Part shown: positions 39,266 to 52,536 of the stretch, piece by piece
Layout: every line of letters starts with the position of its first letter
Position numbering within the stretch: position 1 is the first letter of the stretch
Assembly: GCF_001194135.2 (NCBI RefSeq)
Contig: NC_068989.1
Location: 12,316,544 to 12,380,543, forward strand
Origin: Octopus bimaculoides
Lineage: Eukaryota
Direction: 5' to 3'
DNA length: 64,000 nucleotides
Notes under the pieces: model-generated
The model's input: only the letters and a program-made list of their open reading frames with translations
Database searches by the model: none
Told to the model about the DNA's origin: nothing
Translations under genes and position numbers: made by a program

Positions 39266-40249
39266 TACACGAACGCACATATTTCAAATACATCTCAAAT
39301 AGATGTATTTACATATATACATACAGAAAGGCATACATACGTATGCACACACAAAGACATTCACAGATATATGCATACATATATTTTATGAATATTTATG
39401 AATCTCGCTATCAGTGTATCTGCCATATATTGCACTGATCTTTTCATAGACACAAATTCTCAAGCAGTAACTGACACAAAATTCCTCAAATGCACATACA
39501 TTTTAACTACCATCTTTTCATTTGAAGACCTGTTTATATGTACGGACGAAAGACTTTTGTCTTAAAAGACGATCCACTATTTGTGTTTATATACTCGTAT
39601 ATCTTCAGATATGGAGTCCCCGGTTCTTTGTGGTACGATTACGAATAATTAACTCCTTATCGAGACAAAGAGAATTCAATTAAATCCGACTTTAGACGGT
39701 GGCTAATCTAAAGGGAATATACTTTGTTCAAAATATCGATAGTTGAAAAAAACCTAAAGGGTTATTCTAAGTTCCTCACAAAATATAAATGCAGAAACAT
39801 CATCAACAAAGAAAAGAGTGTTGCGTGGTTTCTAATATTTTGTATAGCACACATACATAAAGATTGTTAAATCACAGAGAAAGTATTGTACTTTGTGCAT
39901 AATTAAATACGGCGGGTTTCACTGGCGGAGTCATTATGAATTGGGTTTGACAGAAAAAGCGAGTGAGGAAGGTGCGAGTTTGAAGAAAGTTTGTAGTAAA
40001 TTGCTTCATATGACACACACCAAAAAAAAACCAAAAAACAAAAAAAAAAACAAACAAACAAAAGAACATTGATTATAATAATGTAGTTTTGAATGACGGG
40101 AACAAAAATTTGTTTTCTGATAGACAAATGCATTCTTTCTGGGTATATGATAACTAGAAATTTATGAAAACTCTAGTACAAGCTTGAGGAGTAAATAAAG
40201 AAGACAAACCGCATGGAAAAAGAAATAGGGAGAAAATCTTTTCTACTAT

Positions 40250-40352
40250 TAGCACAAGGCTTAAATATTAGGGGAGGTGTCTAGTCGATTATATCGACCT
40301 CTCTATTTGACTGCTACTTATACCATGGACCCCGAAAGGACGAAAGGTAAAG
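40250..40352 (-). mobile_element. SINE family B 3' fragment
   Basis: CTAGTCGATTATATCGACC...GACCCCGAAAGGACGAAAGGTAAAGTCGA matches family B. Confidence 0.7.
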
Positions 40353-41019
40353 TCGAAAAGGTAAAGTGACCCAATAAAATAACACAAATTATACACTTCA
40401 TTTTCTACATGACCACTCCACATATTATGAAACAATCCGAAAAGAAGATACTGTATAAAGTTATCAACCAATAAAATAACTAATTTTCTTACGCAATCCA
40501 GACTCAATAGCGTTTTGCACAAACTAACAGTAAATTTTTCAGAATGCTTATTGCACGAATTTTTCGCGTGGTAATTCATCACAAACCACACACATTCTAT
40601 AAATATTAAAAAAACCAACACGTAATACTATAACAAATTACATAGAACTATATTCCAGCTCTGTAACAACATAAATTACACGGCACATTTAAAAGAAAAA
40701 TCCCCATACAAAATAACAGATATTACGGTACACATATCCAGTGAAATTATAAAACGTCACAAGAAAAAAAAAAAAAAAACATATCACCCACCCAAGTATG
40801 ATTTTTTGCATCAATACAAATCTAATTTACCAAAATACGATGCTGTAAACATTCCAGGAAGGCGTGTGCAGCAGTTTCAACTATCGGTAATTAGTGCATT
40901 TGGCACAACACCCAAACACACTTGTCGACATGCACGTTAGTGCAATCCTGTATGCTGTTAGAAGCTTAGTCTTGATGTTACCAAGTCTGAAGACAACATC
41001 CCTATTAAATAATATAGCA

Positions 41020-41073
41020 CGAAATAGTAACAGCAACAGCAGCAACAACAACAACAACAACAATAATAATAAC

Positions 41074-41127
<54 letters not shown>
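41020..41127. repeat. (CAA)/(TAA) microsatellite
   Basis: Direct reading. Confidence 0.95.
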
Positions 41128-41128
<1 letters not shown>

Positions 41129-41136
41129 TTATATAT

Positions 41137-41513
41137 TGTTGTTGTCACTCCGTCGCTTACGACGTCGAGGGTTCCAGTTGATCCGATCAACGGAAAAGCC
41201 TGCTTGTGAAATTAACGTGCAAGTAGCTGAGCATTCCACATACACGTGTACCCTTAACGCAGTTCTCGGGGATATTCAGCCTGACACAGTGTGACAAGGC
41301 TGGCCCTTTGAAATACAGGTACAACAGAAACTGGAAGAAAGAGTGAGAGAAAGTTGTGGTGGAAGAGTACAGCAGGGTTCGCCACCATCCCCTGCCGGAG
41401 CCTCGTGCAGCTTTAGGTGTTTTCGCTCAATAGACACTCACAACGCCCGGTCTGGGAATCGAAACCGCGATCCTATGACCGCTGCCCTAACCACTGGGCC
41501 ATTGCGCCTCCAC
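41137..41513 (-). mobile_element. SINE family D with an 8-nt deletion in the tRNA head
   Basis: Near-identical to 18325-18702 but lacks GAGTCCGC between direct CCGC repeats. (CAA) tail. Flanked by TAA tracts. Confidence 0.9.
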
Positions 41514-41549
<36 letters not shown>

Positions 41550-41574
41550 CATAATAATAATAATAATGATAACA

Positions 41575-41860
41575 ATACGCGTATATTACTTCTTTATAAT
41601 CTTCTCGGGTCCATTTGATACTCTTATATATTTCTTTCTGTGGTGGGTGTGGTGGTGAGGTTGGTGAGCTCCAGTGGGGATAGTTCCCGTTCAAGTGACC
41701 ATCCAGTTTGTTATTCAGTGGAGCGTTCGTGCCAGTGGAGGACTTTTCGCCCCCAGGCTGACACTTTCCTGCAGGACGCGCTTCTAGATTAACCATCGGA
41801 CAATCGATTTGGCATCCTGTTCTAGATTTCCTTTTGGTTCCGTTAGACATGTCTGTGCTA
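41575..41860 (-). mobile_element. Inverted 5' ORF segment of an R4/Dong-type element
   Basis: MSNGTKRKSRTG...KSIKWTREDYKEVIYAY. The KWTREDYKEV..AY motif resembles the N-terminus of R4/Dong-like ORFs. Confidence 0.6.
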
Positions 41861-41884
41861 CATTAAAATTATTGGTATTGAGCC

Positions 41885-42350
41885 CTGTGTGGCAGATAAA
41901 TTTGATAAACTCACAAAGAATAAAGATCTACTGACTGAAATCGAAATAAATGTGGCATCTCAAGACGGTTACAATACCAATTATTGTAGAAGCACTTAGA
42001 GACCAAAAACGGAACTGAAAATTATTTTTAGGATGATCTCTGGCTTACCTTCCTTTAAGGAAGTGCCAAAAAATTGTCTTAACTTGTACGTCACACGTAT
42101 TACGAAGAGCATTGTCGATGTGAATTTTCTTTCTTTTCTCTCTTATTTCCTTTGCTTTTTTCTTTTTCTTTTCCTTCTCTCTATTCGCTGTCTTTCCTCC
42201 CATTCTTTTTCTATCACATGGATCTGTAAGTATACAATATGATGAGTTTATTTTAATGGCATCCCAATGTTTACAATGAGTTTCTTTGCCATAGGTGTTG
42301 GGAAGACTTTCGGTAAGAGATAGAAACATAATCGAAAGAATAACAACAAA
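41885..42350 (+). mobile_element. 3' end of an R4/Dong-type element (ORF C-terminus plus 3'UTR) ending in (TAA)n
   Basis: FDKLTKNKDLLTEIE/MWHLKTVTIPIIVEAL...MISGLPSFKEVP/IVLTCTSHVLRRALSM*, with frameshifts. Homologous at protein level to 16400-16620. Confidence 0.82.
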
Positions 42351-42355
42351 ACAAC

Positions 42356-42411
<56 letters not shown>

Positions 42412-42999
42412 TGATGATGATGATAATGATGATGATGATAATATTAATAGTTAGCAATAATAATAGTAACAACAACAACAATAATAACAATAAGCAATAA
42501 TGAAAAATAATAATACCGCTGCTGCTGATGATGATAGTTACGACCATGATGATGATGATGATGAGGATAACACCAACGGTGTTAATTTCCAACATATGTA
42601 GTTTATACCACTGGACTCGTATAATAATAATAATACCAGTCAACGGTCCGGCAATTAGTCCCAAAGTGTAAACAACCGATCGGAACACTTATTCACTTCA
42701 ACATCAATTCACGCGAAATATATAAACGTGTACCCGACAAAGTTGATGACTCTTTAAATATAAGACTGGTCTTTTATTTTCAATAAGGCATGAAAAAACA
42801 TTGGTAGAAAGCATATCTTATGGCCGTACCACATTTAACTCAATCCTGCTGAAAGACTCATACTTAAATAGTTTAAGAGAAGAGAACGCGGTTCTTAAGG
42901 CATCGCTGAGAAATCGATAACCTTCATCTCCTCAAGAAAACTGAGAAACAAAATTGAATTAGAACCGAAATATACCCGAAATGAAATGTTTGTTATCCT

Positions 43000-43207
43000 G
43001 TATCTTTTACTTGTTGCAGTCTTTAGAGTGTGGCCATGCTGAGGTACTGCCAATAGGGTTTAGTTGAAGACATACTTATTCCATTTTAAAGTCTGTTTTA
43101 TCGGCCCATTTCTCCGATCCGTCTTGCAGTTTCCGTCTACCAAATCCACTCACAAGGCTTTGGTCGGCACGAGGCTACAGTAGAAAGCACTTGGCTAAGG
43201 TGCCACC
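43000..43207 (-). mobile_element. Deleted and truncated SINE family A fragment running into a (CCA)n tract
   Basis: Tail and CAAATCCACTCACAAGGCTTTGGTCGG body motifs are present. The head is lost at GTGCCAC. Confidence 0.7.
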
Positions 43208-43635
43208 ACCACCAGCACCACCAGCACCACCACCACGACCACCACCAGAACCACCACCATCACCACCACTCTCAAGCCATCTTCCTTGTAATTATTATTT
43301 AATTATTGTCATATTCTTGTTAGATTCTGACTACTCTGCATATATCGTAAGGTAGGTTGATTTAGTTAGTCTTAAGCATGCTTAGGTTTGTGCGAAGCAA
43401 ACTCCATGCGTAATAATATATTTATTATTAGTTTTTCGTGCGGAACAAAAACAAAAAAAAAAACGAAAAAAAAAACAAAAAAAAATTACGTAACAACATA
43501 ATGACGATAACGTTGATGGTGATAATGATCATGATGATGATGAAAACCAGCATCATCGCCATCATCCTCATCATTTTAATAATAATTACCTCATAATAAA
43601 AGTAATTAATAACACCGTAACATAATCTCAATAAC

Positions 43636-43669
43636 GTTGCAATAATAATAAAAATAAAAATAATAATAA

Positions 43670-43700
<31 letters not shown>

Positions 43701-43722
43701 AATGATGATAAAATAATAATAA

Positions 43723-43791
<69 letters not shown>

Positions 43792-43855
43792 TGATAATAA
43801 TGATGATGATGATGATGATGATGATGATAATAATAATAATAATAATAATAGTAGT
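43636..43855. repeat. (TAA)/(TGA) microsatellite
   Basis: Direct reading. Confidence 0.95.
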
Positions 43856-44209
43856 AGTAACATCAACAGCAACGTGCAACAGTAGTAATAATTCAATAAG
43901 TAGATTTCATAATTGATTCAGTAAATTAATCATTTTCATTAGCACTAATGAATAAATGAAGATTCTATTGATCTTCGTCAGCACAAGTTTATTTAGTTAA
44001 TGAAATATCGAATGCTTTCCTGATATCTTTCTTGCCTTTTTTATTTGTTTTGTTTTTAAAAAATTCTTTGATTTTTCTTTTTTTTTTTAAATATTGTCAT
44101 TATTTTATTTATTTATTTTTTCTTATGGACATGCTCTTACCATCTGAACTCGAATGGGCTCTTGGAGTTTATCATGCTTAGATGTGCCCGTTTGAAAATA
44201 AACCGGTGG

Positions 44210-44212
44210 TTA

Positions 44213-44249
<37 letters not shown>

Positions 44250-44319
44250 TGTAGTAGTAGTAGCAGCAGCAGTGGTAGTAGTAGTAGTAGTAGTAGTAGT
44301 AGCAGCAGCAGTGGTAGTG

Positions 44320-44353
<34 letters not shown>

Positions 44354-44383
44354 CAGCAGCAGCAGTAGTAGTGGTAGTAGTAA

Positions 44384-44414
<31 letters not shown>

Positions 44415-44459
44415 TGTAGCAGCATCAGTAGTAGTAGTAGTAGAAGCAGCAGTGGTAGC

Positions 44460-44520
<61 letters not shown>

Positions 44521-44590
44521 ATAGTAGTAGTAGTAGTAGTAGTAACAGTGGTAGTAGTAGTAGCAGTCGTGGAAGCAGCAGTGGTAGTAT
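44210..44590. repeat. Imperfect (TAG)n microsatellite with CAG interruptions
   Basis: Direct reading. Explains the poly-V, poly-T and poly-L ORFs. Confidence 0.95.
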
Positions 44591-44623
44591 CAAGAAAAAT
44601 AATAAGAGTAATTATTACTTTCC

Positions 44624-44832
44624 GGCGCCGAGCTGGCAGAATCGTTAGCACGTCGGGCGAAATGCTTAGCGGTATTTTGTCTGCCGCTACGTTCTGAGTT
44701 CAAATTCTGCCGAGGTCGACTTTGCCTTTCATCGTTTCGGGGTCGATAAAAGTATCAGTTGAACACTGGGGGTCGATGTAATCGGGTTTATCCCCACCTC
44801 GCCCAAGCTGCCTTTGGGACAAAAATTTGAAA
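44624..44832 (+). mobile_element. SINE family B, full length
   Basis: GGCGCCGAGCTGGCAGAATCGTTAGC head, GAGTTCAAATTC B box, GCCTTTCATCGTTTCGGGGTCGATAAA central domain. Confidence 0.88.
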
Positions 44833-44869
44833 TAACAATAATAACAATTATTATTATTATCATTATTGT

Positions 44870-45057
44870 GACAGTGAACTGGCAGAATTTGTGCCGTCCC
44901 GGACCAAATGCTCAGCGGCATTTCGTCCGTCTTTATGATACGAGTTAAAATTCCGCAGAGGTCGGCTTTGACTTATTTCGGGGTCGAAACTGAAATGACA
45001 GGCAGTCGAGTTGTAGAGACGAGGGAATCGGATACTCCTTTTCCAAAATTTGAAATA
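44870..45057 (+). mobile_element. Second, more diverged SINE family B copy in tandem
   Basis: Degenerate match to 44624-44832. Confidence 0.7.
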
Positions 45058-45069
45058 ATCATCATTAAA

Positions 45070-45117
<48 letters not shown>

Positions 45118-45421
45118 CGACGATGAAAATGAAACAATAATAGTTAATGCTTTTGTTGCGAATAGTGAGAGCAACAATGCAGAAGAAATAAGGAAAATTA
45201 AGTTACCTTTACTAAAAAACAAAAACAGAAAAAAAAAGTATTGATTGGATGGTTATCGAAGTGCTTCTCAAATGAGAATTTTCGCAACGGTAAAGCTTCA
45301 TTACACTGTATGGAGTTGGCTTTGTAGAAACAGTAATTATACTGGAATGATGGATGTGAAGGATTGATCTGACAGTTGTTGATCATATACGCATATATAT
45401 ATATATATCTATCTAACTATC

Positions 45422-45474
<53 letters not shown>

Positions 45475-45752
45475 TCACACAAGTACACTTCTACGTGAAT
45501 GTACATATTTCCTATATGCACAAGCTATAATATATCCTGCACACACCGCCTACACACACGTTTATATATCTATATATCTATATATATTATTATCCATATA
45601 TTCATTTATATATATATATATATATATACCTACTTATACATACATACATAACTATATATATATACATTATTATATACACACGTACATTTATATATACACA
45701 TATGCATACATACCTATATATATATATATATGTATAAATATGTATATATATA

Positions 45753-45841
<89 letters not shown>

Positions 45842-46160
45842 TTGTGTGTATGTATATATACATCTTCATATAGATAAATGCAAGTTTGTATGTGTGCATG
45901 TATAAAGAAGCAGAAAACTTATGCATTACATAAGTAGAGAAATGGCAGTGAGGGATGGAGGGGGGGAGTAATGTAGTGAGAGAGTATCCAGTTGATGGAG
46001 TAAATGTTAAAAATTATAAAGACAATATTACAGCCTATAAAAGGAGTATGAAATGTTTTGAAGAACTGGAATTAAAAGAAGGTAATATATAGAAATAATA
46101 TTTAGAATTGCACAAGAAGTATAAAAATGATAGAACAGCAATCATGGAGGGACGATTCTG

Positions 46161-46191
<31 letters not shown>

Positions 46192-46326
46192 TGTATGTTG
46201 TATGTATATATGTATGTATGTATGTGTGTTGTATTTATGTATGTATGCATGTATGTATGTATGTGTGTATGTATGTATGTATGTATCTATCTACCTATCT
46301 ACCTATCTACCTATCTATCTATTTAT

Positions 46327-46393
<67 letters not shown>

Positions 46394-46602
46394 CATGTAT
46401 GTAGGCTCCAGCATGGTCAAATTCAAATGGCTGAGACAAGTAAGAAAAAAATATATATGTATACACAAATATACAAATAAATAAATATATAGCTATATAT
46501 ATATAAATATGTATATATATATATGTATGTATATATATGTGCATATATATATTTATACATATGTGCATATATATATTTATACATATACATGCACAAAGAT
46601 AT

Positions 46603-46641
<39 letters not shown>

Positions 46642-46772
46642 AGATCTCGGAGACAATTAAATTGAGCAATTAGTAAAAAGATAAAACAGAGAAAAAATAA
46701 TACCAAGAAAGAGATAGAGGGAGAGAAGTGGCTGACAGAGAGAAAGAGACAGAGAAAGAAAGTGAGAGAGAG

Positions 46773-46807
<35 letters not shown>

Positions 46808-47133
46808 TGGGGAGACGGAGAGAAAGAGAGAAAGAGAGAGGGAATGAGTGAGTGATAGTGACTGAGAGTGACAGTGACTAAACTTAATTAAAGATATTCG
46901 TAAGCCAGATCTTTGGAATATTAATATTGCAGGATTTGAAATGTGAGATTGCATAATTGTACGCAGTCGACTTGTTGGCAGATCAAACGGAAATTTTTAG
47001 ATGTGATTTGTTGTAATCCTTGTTTCAACTACATAAATCAGTACAGACACATGCATATACATACATGCATATATTCCTACGTGCATACATACCTGTATAC
47101 GTGCATACAAACACACACACATATATATATACA

Positions 47134-47300
47134 GGTGCAGGTGTGGCTGTGTAGTAAGTAGCTTGCTTACCAACCATATTGTTTTAGGTTCAGTCTACTG
47201 CATGGTACCTTGCGCAAGTGTCTTCTACTATAACCTTGGGCAGACCAAGGCCTTGTGAGTAGATTTCGTAGACAGAAACTGAAAGAAGCCTGTCGTATAT

Positions 47301-47375
<75 letters not shown>

Positions 47376-47592
47376 TGTGTGTATGTATGTGTGAGTGTGT
47401 GTCTGTGTTTGTCCCCTCCACTATCGCCTGACAACCGACGTCAGTGTGATTACGTCCCATAATTTGGCGGTTCGGCGAAATGGACCGATAGAATAAGTAC
47501 TAGGCTTAGAATGAATAAGTCCTGGGGTCGATTTGTACGAGTAAACCCTGTGTTCTAGCATGGCTGCAGTCAAATGACTGAAACAAATAAAA
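47134..47592 (+). mobile_element. SINE family A with expanded internal (TA)n
   Basis: Head, body, microsatellite and tail all match family A. Confidence 0.88.
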
Positions 47593-47643
47593 TATTAAAG
47601 GACAAATGAAAGAATATATATATATATATGTATATATATATGA

Positions 47644-47712
<69 letters not shown>

Positions 47713-48482
47713 TAGAGATAGAGACAGAGAGAGAAAGAGAGAAAACTGGGAGGGATACGCAAGTTGAAAGATAGATAAAGACGGTTTGTCGCTTGTATAT
47801 AAACGTATACACACGCACCACAGTCCGACATATTTTCTCATATTGGAATGTGTGCGTGCGCGAGTTTGTGCACAAGCGCGTGTGTAATTATATCTGTATG
47901 TTTGGTTGTATGTCTGTATCAGGCAACTCACCTATTGTTTCCCCACTGCTGAGTTGGATAATCATACTCCTTTATTCATCTACAAACAGTTTTCCATTTT
48001 CGGTCTACAGTGTTTCTGAAATCTCTCTAAATTATCCACCATGTTCGTCTTGTTCGTCGTTCACTTATGTTTTTTTTTCTAGTTGAACTAGACCAATTCT
48101 CTCTGCTTTTTTTTTTTGTTCATCTCTTAGCTGTTGCAATCATACTCTGGGTATAACTAGTGTAGTTGGTTGTCGTGATGTTATAAAACGAAATAACTGT
48201 AAATAGAAAAGTAGATTTAGCATTAAGAGTTAAGATTTGATATCTAAAAAGAAAGAAATATACTTCTAAGCAAAATATGCGTCTATTAATGGATTTGCAG
48301 AAATAACCATTGAAAGATCGACACATCCCTATATAAATTGGTTAAACGAACACAACACTGTCGTATGAGCAAAAAGAAATGAGACGGTGTATTACTTTGA
48401 ATTGGTACACATTCAGGAAACTAGTTCCATTTTTAGGAAGACTTAAAAGTCTTAAGCCGAAAGTCTGAAAGACAGCACTTAC

Positions 48483-48509
48483 AACCAATGCATCACCCCA
48501 CCAAAAATT
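48483..48509 (-). CDS. Candidate 27-nt microexon (NFWWGDALV in phase 0, or IFGGVMHW in phase 2)
   Basis: Acceptor TTTTTTTTTCTCTCATCAG|, exon AATTTTTGGTGGGGTGATGCATTGGTT, donor |GTAAGT. Length preserves frame. Confidence 0.45.
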
Positions 48510-49539
48510 CTGATGAGAGAAAAAAAAATCACCAGAAGGCAACAAGTTCAAGGACATATAACTCTTTGAGTAACTGTTACGTCTCAAGCTACTGCTATCC
48601 AGCACCTTCCGATGATCTCTAATCGACTGCTACTCAACAGCTCTACTAACACTCTATCACGGCCCGACTACCTTTATTTATATGTCTTGGGCGATCCTAC
48701 TTCTTCGCTTGGTGGCGTCGACACAACAGTAACGAAATAGATCGAGAGACTACATATTGGTTTACATACTCTGCATGAGATTCATATATTATAGCAAGCT
48801 TGTGAGAAAAAAAATGCGCTTTGAAATGAAATATAGTTCAAATATTGAAAAGGTGTAGTTCCATGCCAGTGTAGTTTTGATTCATAGAGGGATGATCTCG
48901 ATCGGACTGCTAAACCTATTAGCATAATCTCTCTTAATCGTCAATTCCGAAGTTGGAATACAAAATATAATACAAAAGAAAGAGAAAAAAAAAATGACAA
49001 TAGCAGCCCCATGTGTGTTTGATCGTAAATCTGTCCATTTTGGGACTGATCTGAGGTGAAATAGCGACAACAGGAAAATATTTCTCTTTTAATATAAAAC
49101 CAAAGAAAATACACTTTTGCCATCTCTCAAACTGTTTAAATGATGAAATAATTCATGCTATTTCGTCCGTCGTATGGAAATGCAATTTTCTTTCTTCAGC
49201 CGGGTAACAGCTTGATCTAGTCCACCAACGAAGCATGTCAACAACATGGTGAGAGTATGACTAGTACAGTTTTAAATTTCATACCATTGAAAGGATGAAG
49301 ATATTTCACAGGGGATTGACAAGTGTTCAAAAGGGATTTCATCGATTGTAAGGAAATGTATTATTGCTAATGTGCCTGGATGCTTGGTTTTGTTCTACGT
49401 CTTGCTAGTAATATATATTTCAATAAGCAACCATGTAATAGCAACACTTCATATTCTAGAATGATAAATGACTCCACAAAATTGTGTTGTAATTCCAAAT
49501 TTATTAAGAATGATTTCTTGGTACATCATTTGAGGAGAT

Positions 49540-49575
<36 letters not shown>

Positions 49576-49697
49576 NNNNNNNNNNNNNNNNNNNNNNNNN
49601 NNNNNNNNNNNNNNNNNNNNNNNNNNNNNNNNNNNNNNNNNNNNNNNNNNNNNNNNNNNNNNNNNNNNNNNNNNNNNNNNNNNNNNNNNNNNNNNNN

Positions 49698-49737
<40 letters not shown>

Positions 49738-51077
49738 TTATATAGATACAGATATATATATATATATGTGTATACACACAGACACATGTATGTAAATCGA
49801 GTGAAACTCACTATAAACTATGGAGCTACTAATGTCTGTAATGCCACGAGTGACGTATTATTTGCAATTAAACATCAGCAACGGGAGAAAATTGCGTGCG
49901 TCTAATATTGGGCAAAATTCATCTCGTTTCCAATGAATCAGCATTGAATGACAAGAAAATCTAAAGCCTAATGCAGGTAGCATTTCTTACTAAGTATATC
50001 AAAGTGAATAATATTACACCTTTGTAATTCCCTAGGATCCATTGCTTATTTACGACGGGTCTACAAATTGGATTTGTAAACTTTGAAATTTATAATCTGG
50101 AAGTTTAGTCTTAAATTTCTTATGTAGAAACCAGGCAATTAAGTAACGAATCAATTAAAACACCTGTCAATGTATATACACTGTGTATATGTTTTTCTGT
50201 CTGTCCGTCTGCTTGTCTGGCTGACTGTCCCTCTCTGTGTCTCTCTTTGTCTCTCTTTCATACACGCACTCTTTCTCCTCATTCGCTCTCCATCTCTCTT
50301 TCTCTCCATATATATATATATATATAATAATAATATTATTAGGGACAAAATCCAAAATTACAGGTAAAAAACTCAATTAAAATCAATTTATAAAAAATTA
50401 AAATTAAATTGAGCCTTATAGATAAAGTATATATAAAATATATATAGTTTTAGGGAAAATAACCAATTTTCAAGAACTCATCGATGAAAATCCACTATCA
50501 CATATAGAAAAATTAATAATTAAAAGCACAATAAATGAGTATAATATANNNNNNNNNNAGTACCAAATGAATTAATATGAAATACTTATTATATAAAGAT
50601 AGAAAAATTATTTAAAAAATATCATAATATCAAAATAATAACCATTCAATAATCATCCCTTCATCCATAATAATAACATGTATATTATATACAAAAAACA
50701 TCTTACCTAAATTATCATTGTTTTAAATTATCATTGTTTTAAATACAAATGTATATATGTAGTTAGCGTGATTTACATTTGAAACAAGAAAACAATTATC
50801 AATGCTTATAACAACGCTTTTAAATATCCTGAAATTACTCGTGTGGTTGTTGTTGCTGTCAGTGCAATGATTATGATTTTATAGACGCTGAAGCACTTGT
50901 AAGAATAATCATTAAAATTTCAGTTCGAAAATGCCATTCACTAACTTAAATTATAACTGAGCATCGCTTCTGTAATTTGGATAATTTACAATGTCGGAGA
51001 CGGAGACACACGCACACATACACTTATTTAGTCGCGCATATACCTCCCACACACATACACACACATACCCCCACACA

Positions 51078-51120
<43 letters not shown>

Positions 51121-51669
51121 NNNNNNNNNNNNNNNNNNNNNNNNNNNNNNNNNNNNNNNNNNNNNNNNNNNNNNNNNNNNNNNNNNNNNNNNNNNNNNNN
51201 NNNNNNNNNNNNNNNNNNNNNNNNNNNNNNNNNNNNNNNNNNNNNNNNNNNNNNNNNNNNNNNNNNNNNNNNNNNNNNNNNNNNNNNNNNNNNNNNNNNN
51301 NNNNNNNNNNNNNNNNNNNNNNNNNNNNNNNNNNNNNNNNNNNNNNNNNNNNNNNNNNNNNNNNNNNNNNNNNNNNNNNNNNNNNNNNNNNNNNNNNNNN
51401 NNNNNNNNNNNNNNNNNNNNNNNNNNNNNNNNNNNNNNNNNNNNNNNNNNNNNNNNNNNNNNNNNNNNNNNNNNNNNNNNNNNNNNNNNNNNNNNNNNNN
51501 NNNNNNNNNNNNNNNNNNNNNNNNNNNNNNNNNNNNNNNNNNNNNNNNNNNNNNNNNNNNNNNNNNNNNNNNNNNNNNNNNNNNNNNNNNNNNNNNNNNN
51601 NNNNNNNNNNNNNNNNNNNNNNNNNNNNNNNNNNNNNNNNNNNNNNNNNNNNNNNNNNNNNNNNNNNNN

Positions 51670-51736
<67 letters not shown>

Positions 51737-52029
51737 ATGCATGTATTAATGTATCTATGTATGGCTATGTCCCCATGTGTATTTGTGTGTATATTTATAT
51801 ACATATAATCATCATGCTTTCAATGTAGTAAATATATCCGTTTTAAATATTCAACATTCACACAGCTCTATATGCGTTTATACGTATCTATACAAGTCTA
51901 CCTATGTACATATATACATACACTCATATTTTCTATAGTTCGTATGCTGTTCGCATTCAGTATATCTGAATTCAATACTGAAGCGATATATCATATATGA
52001 TCCCAGTGAGAAGAAAATGATTTTATATA

Positions 52030-52460
52030 GGTACAGGAATGGTTGTATGGTAAGAAGCTTGCTTCCGAACCACACGGGTCATGGTTCAGTCCCACTGCGT
52101 GGCACCTTAGTCAAGTGTCTTCTATTATAGCCTCTCGCCGACTAAAGCTTTATGGATAGATTTGGTAGACGGAAACGGAAAGGAGCCCGTCGTTTATATG
52201 TATATGTATATATCTGTGTGTCTTTGAGTCTGTGTTCGTGCCCCACCACCGCTCGACAACTAGTGCTGGTGTATTTACGTCCCTGTAACTTAGTAGTTTG
52301 TTAAAAGAGAACCAATAGAGTAAGTACCAGTCACTCTACTCCACCAAAGTTCTTGGGTCGATTCATTCGACTAGAACCACCTCTCCATAAAAACACAGGT
52401 GGTGCTCCAACATGGCCGCAGTCTAATGATTGAAATAAGTAAAAGATAAAAGAGAAAAAG
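52030..52460 (+). mobile_element. SINE family A (diverged subfamily)
   Basis: Head, body and tail match family A. Confidence 0.88.
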
Positions 52461-52536
52461 GTGATCTCTGATAAACCTATTTAAGATAATGTTGCTATGG
52501 AACTATGTAAACACAGTCACGCCTCTTTCTCTGCTA

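Noticed and set aside
44178-44697. Homopolymeric ORFs (poly-V/T/L here; poly-S/R/K/E/I elsewhere)
   Set aside because: Translations of trinucleotide microsatellites with no splice or codon evidence.
47932-48030. Strong minus-strand donor AATAG|GTGAGT at 47931
   Set aside because: The upstream acceptors give stops in all frames. Only a 17-nt exon with a weak acceptor remains.
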